Source of the DNA: Gemmatimonadota bacterium
Lineage (GTDB): Bacteria; Gemmatimonadota; Gemmatimonadetes; Palauibacterales; Palauibacteraceae
Direction: 5' to 3'
Length of the DNA: 64,000 nt
NCBI GenBank assembly: GCA_965116475.1
Contig: OZ220691.1
Coordinates: 704,001 to 768,000, forward strand
This document shows, one piece after another, positions 27,559-35,017 of this stretch (the stretch's first letter is position 1; each line of letters starts with the position of its first letter). The notes beneath the pieces are model-generated. The model made no database searches. It saw only the letters and a list, made by a program, of their open reading frames with translations, and was not told where the DNA came from. A program made the position numbers and the translations under genes.

Positions 27559-28092
27559 CTACTGCTCGAACAGCTCGGCGCGAAGCAGCTTCCGCGCCTT
27601 GTGCAACCGCGACTCCGAGGTCGAGCGCGAGATCTGGAGAAGCTCGGCGATCTCCTCGTGCGACCACCCCTCGATCTCCTTGAGAACGACAACGGTCCGC
27701 AGTTCCTCCGTCAGCGAAGACAGCGCTCGCTCCACTGCGATCGAGTTCAAGACGGGGATTTCCGGCGACGTGACGACCTCCCCTCCATCGGGCGCCGCCG
27801 CCATCGCAGTCTCGTCTCGTCGCCGCTCCGACCGGACGTGTCGGAGGGCGACGCGAGCCGTCACGGAACGAAGCCAGGGGCCCAGCGACCGCTTGCCATC
27901 GAAGCGCCGAAGCATCTCGGGAAGGTCGCCAAAGACATCGTGTAGTACATCCCGAGCATCGGCAGACGACTCCGTCAAACGATACGCCACAGCGAACAAC
28001 GGCTTCGCGTACTCCTCGTACAAGGACTGCAACGCACGGCGATCGCCGCGCGCCGCCCTACGCGACAATCGCCTCTCCCGGGCCGCGGTCAT
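27559..28092 (-). CDS. ECF RNA polymerase sigma-70 factor
   Basis: GDRRALQSLY, DARDVLHDVF, FDGKRSLGPWL, EGWSHEEIAELL...SRLHKAR; start uncertain, ORF is open further upstream. Confidence 0.93.
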   Translation of the reverse strand: MTAARERRLSRRAARGDRRALQSLYEEYAKPLFAVAYRLTESSADARDVLHDVFGDLPEMLRRFDGKRSLGPWLRSVTARVALRHVRSERRRDETAMAAAPDGGEVVTSPEIPVLNSIAVERALSSLTEELRTVVVLKEIEGWSHEEIAELLQISRSTSESRLHKARKLLRAELFEQ

Positions 28093-28678
28093 CAAACCGC
28101 GCGACCTCCCGCAACCAGGCGTGCCTTCTTGACTCTCTCCACGGAGAATCTCTTTCTCGTCGTCGGGCCCCTGCGCCGGAGCCGATGCTCCCGGCGTGGA
28201 TCCTCCCTCTACAGTTAATTGCCCGCCCGAGGGCAAAACTTGCATCGCGTCCATCCGGCGTTTTTCGACGAAGATGGCCCTATGCGAAGGTTTTGCAATC
28301 GATAAGTATAGCGATGGCAACACGATAGGAGTGTGGAGGCTTCGGAAACAGTCATCGGAAATTGGACGGCGCTCGCTGCCGTTGGCACCTTGGCGACGCC
28401 GTCCTCGACCCGACGTGTCGGCAGCGTTCACCACCTGCCGGTGGGGCGACACGCGGCGGCCTGCCCCGAGCTACCGGGACAGGCCGTTCGTACGCTTCGA
28501 GTGGCTCCGCAGCGAGCTGTCTTGCGTGCGCGTCTAGCCGAGACGGATCACGCCGCGGCCGGGGTCGGGTCGCATGTTTTTCTCCTTTGAGGCATGTCGT
28601 TCGTCACCGAGAGCGCGCCAGAAAACGGCGCTCCCGATAACACAAACGCCTCCGGATCGAAAAACCTTACATCACGCC

Positions 28679-29716
28679 CTACTTCGTCCAGATCACGATG
28701 GCGCCGCAGCGTGTGTCGGAGCCGCCGAACTCGGCCGGAAGCGATGCCGGGCCCTTGTATACCTCGACTCCCGCGACCTCCACCGGAAGGACGAGAGTGT
28801 GGAGGGCGACGTTGCTCACATCGACGCTGTCGAGGAATGTCTTGATGTTGCAGCCGGCGCCTGAGAACCCGGCCGACAGTCTCGTGCTGTAGAACCTCCC
28901 GTCCCGTCCCAACCGGATTCCCGACATATCGGCGATCATGTGGCTGATGCGCTGCGGCCGCCGACGCTCGATGTCGGCGGCGGTGAAGAACGTGCCTCCG
29001 CTCACGAGTTCGCCCCACAGCTTCCGCTCGTAGAACCCCTTGATCTCCAGGCGGCGGGATCTCGTCACGGTCGCGACGAGCGGCTCCATTTCGACCGGCG
29101 TGGGCACCAGCCCGATCTCCACTTCCGTGGTGAGCCCGCGCGTCACCGTCACGGCGTGGCCAAGCGGGGCGTAGCCGATGTGTCTCACTTCCAGTTCGTG
29201 CTGCCCTTCGGGGACGGCGGACAGAACGAAGGCGCCGCGCCGGTTGCTTTGGGCCTGCCGGCCCCGACCCCGGACGGATACGGCGGCCGTGGCCACGGCA
29301 TCGCCGGTCACGCCATCGTATACCCGGCCGATGATCCGCCCCGCACGGACCGTCCCGATGAGGACCCGGAGTTCCACCTCGCGTACCTCCCCGGGTTCGA
29401 AGACGACGACCGCCTGCTCGCTCGACCCGTCCCCCAACTCGGCCCACAGCGTCGCCTCCTGCGCGTCACGAGGGACGCAGAGGAAGAAGCGGCCCTGGGG
29501 ATCGGCGGCTTCGCGCACTGGCCGCCGCCTCGCCCCGTTCCAGCGGAGCACCACGGTGGCCCCCGGCAGGGCGACCGTCCCGGATTCGTCCAGGACCGCG
29601 ACGCGAAGCGAAGCCCGGTCGCCGCATTCATCCCCGTCCTGCCCGACCGCCGGAGTCACGGCGACCCCCAGCAGCGACACCACCGCGATCGTCATCGTCC
29701 GTATCACTCGCGTCAT
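28679..29716 (-). CDS. Secreted 2x carboxypeptidase-regulatory-like + TonB plug protein, no beta-barrel
   Basis: Signal AVGQ, same architecture, ends GSDTRCGAIVIWTK*. Confidence 0.82.
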   Translation of the reverse strand: MTRVIRTMTIAVVSLLGVAVTPAVGQDGDECGDRASLRVAVLDESGTVALPGATVVLRWNGARRRPVREAADPQGRFFLCVPRDAQEATLWAELGDGSSEQAVVVFEPGEVREVELRVLIGTVRAGRIIGRVYDGVTGDAVATAAVSVRGRGRQAQSNRRGAFVLSAVPEGQHELEVRHIGYAPLGHAVTVTRGLTTEVEIGLVPTPVEMEPLVATVTRSRRLEIKGFYERKLWGELVSGGTFFTAADIERRRPQRISHMIADMSGIRLGRDGRFYSTRLSAGFSGAGCNIKTFLDSVDVSNVALHTLVLPVEVAGVEVYKGPASLPAEFGGSDTRCGAIVIWTK

Positions 29717-29745
29717 CTCCAGTGCATGGGCAAGGCGCTCCCCGT

Positions 29746-30861
29746 CTACTTCGTCCACACCACGACGGCGCCGCAGCGCGCGTCGGACCCGCCGAACTCC
29801 GCCGGGAGCGTGGCCGGCCCCTTGTACACTTCGACGCCGACGATCTCGAACCCCCGCAGGTTCCACCCGTCACGCCACTCGACCCCATCGACGAAAACCT
29901 TCACGCTGCACGTCAGGTTCAAGAAACCCGCGCTCATGCGCCGATTCCTCGGCGACCGCCAGGTGATCCCGGGGACGTTGTTTGCCACAAGGGAGCGGAC
30001 GTCCCTGGGTCGCCACCGCTCGATGTACTCGGGTGAGAAGAAGTAGCCGTTGCCGGTCAGCTCGCCCCAGTACTTCCGTTCGTAGAACCCCTTGATCTCG
30101 AGCCGGCGCAGTCTCGCCACGGTCGCCACGATCGGCTCCATCTCCACGGGCGTCGGCACGAGGCCGATGTCCACCTCCGTCGTGACGCCCGGCGTTACGT
30201 CGATCCGATGGCGGAGCGGGGCGTAGCCGATGCGTCGCACCTCCAGGTGACGCACGCCGGGCCGCACGTCGCTGAGGATGAACCTGCCCTGTCGGTTGCT
30301 CGCAGCTTCCGGCGCGTGACCGGTCACGGATACCGCCGCCGTGGCCACGGGGTTTTCCGTCAGCGCATCGTACACGCGGCCGATGAGGCGCCCCCGGCGA
30401 ACTTCGGACAGGAGCACCCGGAGTTCGACCTCCCGCACCTCTCCGGGCGCGAGGGCCACGGTCGCCTGTTCGCTCGAATCGTCGCCCAGTTCCGCCCACA
30501 GCACCGCTTCTTTCGCCTCCTCAGGGGCGCAGAGCAGGAAGCGCCCCTCCGGCCCGGCCGTTTCTCGCAGCGGCATCTCCTCGACGTCGGACCAGTGGAC
30601 CACGAGCATGGCGCCGGGGATCGGGATGTTGCCCGACTCGTCGACGACCGTCACCTGAAGGGAAGGCCGGTCCCGGCAACCGTCGTCCTGCCCCAGGACC
30701 GGGCCGGTCGACGCCGCGAGGAGGAGGGAGAAGAAGAAGAAGAGGGAGATGATGCGGCAGGTTCGCCGCGGGCGGCGTGGTTCGTAACGGGGAACTCCGG
30801 GTTCGTTGCCCAAGGCCGTTCCTTTCGCTCTGTCCCGCGCGGGTGCGCCCGGGCAGGACAC
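29746..30861 (-). CDS. Secreted 2x carboxypeptidase-regulatory-like + TonB plug protein, no beta-barrel
   Basis: Signal VLGQ, same architecture, ends GSDARCGAVVVWTK*; start uncertain. Confidence 0.82.
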   Translation of the reverse strand: MSCPGAPARDRAKGTALGNEPGVPRYEPRRPRRTCRIISLFFFFSLLLAASTGPVLGQDDGCRDRPSLQVTVVDESGNIPIPGAMLVVHWSDVEEMPLRETAGPEGRFLLCAPEEAKEAVLWAELGDDSSEQATVALAPGEVREVELRVLLSEVRRGRLIGRVYDALTENPVATAAVSVTGHAPEAASNRQGRFILSDVRPGVRHLEVRRIGYAPLRHRIDVTPGVTTEVDIGLVPTPVEMEPIVATVARLRRLEIKGFYERKYWGELTGNGYFFSPEYIERWRPRDVRSLVANNVPGITWRSPRNRRMSAGFLNLTCSVKVFVDGVEWRDGWNLRGFEIVGVEVYKGPATLPAEFGGSDARCGAVVVWTK

Positions 30862-30871
30862 ACGCCTCCAG

Positions 30872-30902
30872 GATACGACGCCGCCAGTGGGCCCGGCGTC
30901 AC
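30872..30902 (-). promoter_or_regulatory. Variant ECF-type promoter (GTGACG-N17-GTCGTATC) heading the island
   Basis: Same 17-nt spacing as the five exact copies; fills the gap between the dctM stop and the GGAGG RBS of the first island gene. Confidence 0.55.
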
Positions 30903-30903
30903 A

Positions 30904-32187
30904 TCAGTGGTAGAAGACGTTGACCAGGGCGAGGGGGATCGCCGGCACGTACGTCACCAACAGCAGGACGGCGACGAGGACGGCGACGAAGCGGAGGTTG
31001 ACCTTGCTCACCTCCCAGATGTCCGCCTTGGCGACGGAGCAGGCGGTCACGAGCACGCTCGCCACCGGCGGCGTCTGCTGGCCGATGCCGAGGTTGAGGG
31101 TGACGACGAGGCCGAAGTGCACCGGGTCGATCCCCGCCGCGCGCACGAGCGGCATCACGATGGGGACGACGAGGATGATCGCCGCGGCCGAGTGCAGGAA
31201 GAGGCCGATGACGAGGAAGAAGACGTTGAGCAGCGCGAGGATGAGCCACTTGTTCTCGGTGAGCCCCATGATCCCGGCCGCGACCTGCTGTGGGAGCCGC
31301 TGTTCGGTGAGGTAGTCGCCGAGCAGGGCGGAGGTGGCGACGAGGAGCATGACGACGGCCGTCTGCACGCCGCCTTCGAGCATCGCCTCGCGCAGGTGGG
31401 CGAGGTCGAGTTCCCGGTAGATGAGCCCGCCCACGACGAGCGACGCGACGACGGCGAGCCCGGCCCCCTCGGTCGCCGTCACCCAGCCGCTGAAGATCCC
31501 GCCGAGGATGATCGCGGGCAGGAGGAGGGCCCATCCCGCCTCGCGCGCCGTCGTCCACACGCGGCGGAGTTCGAACCGCCCTTCCACGGGGAAGTCGTGG
31601 CGGCGGGCGTAGAGCCACGCGACGAACATGAGCAGCAGTCCGCCGAGCACCCCGGGCACGATGCCGGCGACGAACAGCTCGACGACCGAGGCCTCGGCCA
31701 TGACGCCGTACAGGATCATGGGGATGGACGGGGGGATGATGACGGCGAGCGTGGCCGAAGAGGACGTCACGGCCGCGGCGAACGGCGTCCGGTAGCCGCG
31801 TTTCTTCATGGCGGGGATGAGGATGGAGCCGAGCGCGGCGACATCGGCCACGGCGGAGCCCGAGATCTCCGCGAAGAAGAGCGAGGCGGAGATGCCGACC
31901 ATCGCGAGGCCGCCGCGGATGAACCCGACGAGCGCGGAGGCGAAGGCGATGAGCCGGCGCGAGATCCCGGTCGCGTTCATGATCGCGCCCGCGAGGATGA
32001 AGAGCGGGATGGCGATGAGCGGAAACGAGGTCGCCCCGTCGAACAGCACGAGGCCGGCGTTGGGGAGCATGGCGACGCCGCCCGAGGCGACGATGGCGAC
32101 GAGCGCCACGATGCCGAGCGCGATCGCGATGGGGATGCCGAGGGCGATGAGGAGCAGCAGGCCCACGAAGAGGACGAGAAGCGTCAC
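30904..32187 (-). CDS. dctM: TRAP transporter large permease
   Basis: LIAIPLFILAG, SGSAVAD, IIPPSIPMILY, TPPV; GTGA overlap with dctQ. Confidence 0.95.
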   Translation of the reverse strand: MTLLVLFVGLLLLIALGIPIAIALGIVALVAIVASGGVAMLPNAGLVLFDGATSFPLIAIPLFILAGAIMNATGISRRLIAFASALVGFIRGGLAMVGISASLFFAEISGSAVADVAALGSILIPAMKKRGYRTPFAAAVTSSSATLAVIIPPSIPMILYGVMAEASVVELFVAGIVPGVLGGLLLMFVAWLYARRHDFPVEGRFELRRVWTTAREAGWALLLPAIILGGIFSGWVTATEGAGLAVVASLVVGGLIYRELDLAHLREAMLEGGVQTAVVMLLVATSALLGDYLTEQRLPQQVAAGIMGLTENKWLILALLNVFFLVIGLFLHSAAAIILVVPIVMPLVRAAGIDPVHFGLVVTLNLGIGQQTPPVASVLVTACSVAKADIWEVSKVNLRFVAVLVAVLLLVTYVPAIPLALVNVFYH

Positions 32188-32687
32188 GGCTCGCCCTCCC
32201 CCGCCGGCGGCGCCTCCGCGTCGCGGGCCTCCACCTCGGAGAGGGCGTCCCTCAGCCCCAGGAGCTGCGCGACGATGAAGAGGACGGCGCCGATGGGGAT
32301 GACGGACTGTGCCAGCGCCGCAGGCACGGAGGGCAGGCTCACGAGCGTCGTCCCCTCGAGCACGCGGACGACCTGCCAGCCCGCCCACGCGACGGCGGCG
32401 AAGAAGGCGATGATGGCGCCCTCGGCCGCGAGCACGACGGCGACCCGCCAGCGCCCCGTCAGGCGCTCCGCCAGCGTGGGCACGCCGATATGCGCCCGGC
32501 GCAGCGCCGCGAGCGCCGCCCCGTAGTAGGTGAGCCAGGCGAGGAGGATCGACGCCACCTCGTCGTACCACACGAGCGCCGCCCCCGCCTTCCGGAAACC
32601 GACGCCCACCACGACGACCAGGGCGAGCGCCGCCAGGAGGACGAGCACCGCCCCCTCGAGGAAGCGCCGCACGCCCGTCCTCAGCAT
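32184..32687 (-). CDS. dctQ: TRAP transporter small permease
   Basis: 4 TM, WYDEVASILLAWLTYYGA...HIGV. Confidence 0.92.
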   Translation of the reverse strand: MLRTGVRRFLEGAVLVLLAALALVVVVGVGFRKAGAALVWYDEVASILLAWLTYYGAALAALRRAHIGVPTLAERLTGRWRVAVVLAAEGAIIAFFAAVAWAGWQVVRVLEGTTLVSLPSVPAALAQSVIPIGAVLFIVAQLLGLRDALSEVEARDAEAPPAGEGEP

Positions 32688-32730
32688 GGAGCCGCCGCGC
32701 GCGGCGCCACCCTGCCCCCGCGGCGAGCCG

Positions 32731-33792
32731 CTATGAGCCCGCCTCTCCGGAGCCGGCCTCTCCAGAGCCGGCCGCCCGCGCCCGGTCGATGAGGGACTGT
32801 CCCCCCTCGACGGTCGCCGCGAACTCGTCGTACACGGGCTCGCTGGCGGACTCGAAGCGGGCCGGCTCCGCCCCGTTGATCTCCATCTCCGTGGCCTCGA
32901 GCTCGGCGAGCAACTCCCCGTCCATGCGCGCCGCCGTCTCGTACACGAACGCCTGCATCTCCCGCGCGATCGCCTCCACCTCGGCGCGCACGTCCTCCGG
33001 GTGGCGCTCCCAGCGCCCGGCGCCCGTCGTGACGAAGGCGGGGCTGTACACGTGTCCCGTGAGGGAGAGGTAGTCCTGCACCTCGTGCAGCTTGGAACTC
33101 GTCACCTGCGTGAGCGGGTTCTCCTGTCCGTCCATCACCCCCGTCTGGAGCGCGACGAAGACCTCGGAGAAGGGCATCGGCGTCGGGTTCGCGCCCAGCG
33201 CCTGGAAGAGCTTCACGCGCCACACGCCGCGCGGCGTCCGCAGCTTGATCCCGTCCAGGTCCTCCGGCCCGTGGATGGGTCGGCGGGAGTTGGTGATGTG
33301 ACGGAACCCGTTCTCCCACACCGCGAGGATCCGGTAACCGGCCTCCTCCGCGCGGGGCGCGAGTTCGGGCCACACGACGGCTTCCTCGATCCGCCGCATG
33401 TGCTCGCGGTCGCGGACGAGGTACGGCATCTCGAACAGGCCGAACGCGTCCACCATCGAGGACATGATCGTGGAAGGGATGGACATGTCGAGCGTGCCGA
33501 GCCGCAGCCGCTGCAGCATGGCGTCGTCGCCGCCGAGCTGGCTCGCGCCGTAGACGTGGAGTTCGGCCCGGCCGGCGAGCCGTTCGTTCACGCGGCGTGC
33601 GAACTCGTTGGCCGTCACGTCGTAGAGCGAACCGGGAGAGCCGACGTGGCCCAGGGAGAGTTCGACGACCCCGGTTTCCCCGCCCGCTCCACCGCACCCG
33701 AAGCCGGCGAGCGCCGCGGCGACCGACGCGGCGGCGAGCACCGGAGTCCGCATCCGAGTCCGCGCCAGAGTCCGTCCCGCGGGCCGCTTCAT
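32731..33792 (-). CDS. dctP: TRAP transporter substrate-binding lipoprotein
   Basis: ENGFRHIT, DLDGIKLR, GANPTPMPFSEVFVALQTGVMDGQENP. Confidence 0.95.
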   Translation of the reverse strand: MKRPAGRTLARTRMRTPVLAAASVAAALAGFGCGGAGGETGVVELSLGHVGSPGSLYDVTANEFARRVNERLAGRAELHVYGASQLGGDDAMLQRLRLGTLDMSIPSTIMSSMVDAFGLFEMPYLVRDREHMRRIEEAVVWPELAPRAEEAGYRILAVWENGFRHITNSRRPIHGPEDLDGIKLRTPRGVWRVKLFQALGANPTPMPFSEVFVALQTGVMDGQENPLTQVTSSKLHEVQDYLSLTGHVYSPAFVTTGAGRWERHPEDVRAEVEAIAREMQAFVYETAARMDGELLAELEATEMEINGAEPARFESASEPVYDEFAATVEGGQSLIDRARAAGSGEAGSGEAGS

Positions 33793-34997
33793 GCCCGGGC
33801 CAGAAAGTCGGCGGCGGCCGCCAGGCCGCCCGGTTCGTGCGCGATCCCGCTCGTCTTCAGTCCCATCTCCACCCCGGCCAGCGCTCCCATCAGCGTGAGT
33901 TCGTTGAGGTCCCCGAGGTGCCCGATCCGGAACACCTTCCCCCTGAGGGGCCCGAGACCCGTCCCCAGCGACATGTCGAAGCGCTCGAGCACGGCGAGAC
34001 GGAACGCTTCGGCGTCCTCCCCGTCCCCGACCATCACGGTCGTCCCGGCGCTCGACACCGCCTTCGGATCCTGACAGTAGTTGCGCAGACCCCAAGCGGC
34101 GACGGCCCGGCGCGTGGCCTCGGCGTGGCGGGCGTGGCGGGCGAAGGTGGCGTCGGCCCCTTCCTCCCGCAGCATCGCGAGCGACGTCTCGAGCCCGTAG
34201 AGGAGCGTCGTGGGCGGCGTGTAGGGGAAGTAGCCGCCCTCGTTGTCCCGCAGCATCGCCGTCCAGTCAAAGTAGGCGCGCGGCGTCCCGGGGCCCGCGC
34301 GGTGGCGGGCGAGCGCCTTCTCGCTCACGGCGCAGAATCCCAGTCCCGGCGGGAGCATGAGCCCCTTCTGCGAGCCGCACACGGTGACGTCCACGCCCCA
34401 TTCGGCCTGACGGAAGGGGGTGGCGGCGAGCGAGGAGACGGCGTCGACCAGGAGGAGCGCGGGATGGCCGGCCTCGTCCAGCGCGTTGCGCACGGCGGCG
34501 ATGTTGCTGGTGACGCCGGTCGAGGTCTCGTTGTGGACGACGAGCACGGCGCAAGTGCCTCGCTTTCCGTCCTCCACATCCTCCGCCAGGTGCGCGGCGA
34601 TGCGGGCGGGGTCCGCGGGGCGCCGCCAGTCTCCGTCGACGACCTCCACCCGCAGCCCGAGGGCCCGTCCCACCTCTCCCCACTTCGAGGCGAAGAACCC
34701 GTTGTTCCACAGGAGGACGCGGTCGCCGGGGGAAAGGACGTTGGCGAGGGCGCTCTCCCAGCAGCCGGTGGCGGAGGATGGGAAGATGAAGACGTGCGCG
34801 GGGTCCCCGAACACCCATTTCAACCCGTCGAACAACCCGAGCGTCATCTCCCCGAACTCGGGTCCGCGGTGGTCGATGACGGACCGGTTCATGGCCCGGA
34901 ATACGCGTTCGGGCACCGGGGTCGGGCCCGGAAGCTGGAGGAAGTGTCTGCCGCTGCGGTAGGTCAAGGGTGGCTCGCTCTTGTCAGGTCGGGGCAT
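33789..34997 (-). CDS. Class V PLP aminotransferase (serine-glyoxylate aminotransferase-like)
   Basis: GRHFLQLPGPT, VHNETSTG, VDAVSS, GSQKGLMLPPG, FRIGHLG. Confidence 0.9.
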   Translation of the reverse strand: MPRPDKSEPPLTYRSGRHFLQLPGPTPVPERVFRAMNRSVIDHRGPEFGEMTLGLFDGLKWVFGDPAHVFIFPSSATGCWESALANVLSPGDRVLLWNNGFFASKWGEVGRALGLRVEVVDGDWRRPADPARIAAHLAEDVEDGKRGTCAVLVVHNETSTGVTSNIAAVRNALDEAGHPALLLVDAVSSLAATPFRQAEWGVDVTVCGSQKGLMLPPGLGFCAVSEKALARHRAGPGTPRAYFDWTAMLRDNEGGYFPYTPPTTLLYGLETSLAMLREEGADATFARHARHAEATRRAVAAWGLRNYCQDPKAVSSAGTTVMVGDGEDAEAFRLAVLERFDMSLGTGLGPLRGKVFRIGHLGDLNELTLMGALAGVEMGLKTSGIAHEPGGLAAAADFLARA

Positions 34998-35017
34998 CCG
35001 CCGATACAACTTGGCTC

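Noticed and set aside
28285-28335. AT-richer patch upstream of the ECF gene as a sigma-70 promoter
   Set aside because: A TATACT hexamer is present on the - strand, but I found no properly spaced -35. The island motif is also absent here.
28534-28575. Strong RBS (AAAGGAG) plus a 13-aa ORF MRPDPGRGVIRLG upstream of the ECF gene
   Set aside because: Too short to support as a leader peptide. More likely another decayed gene start.
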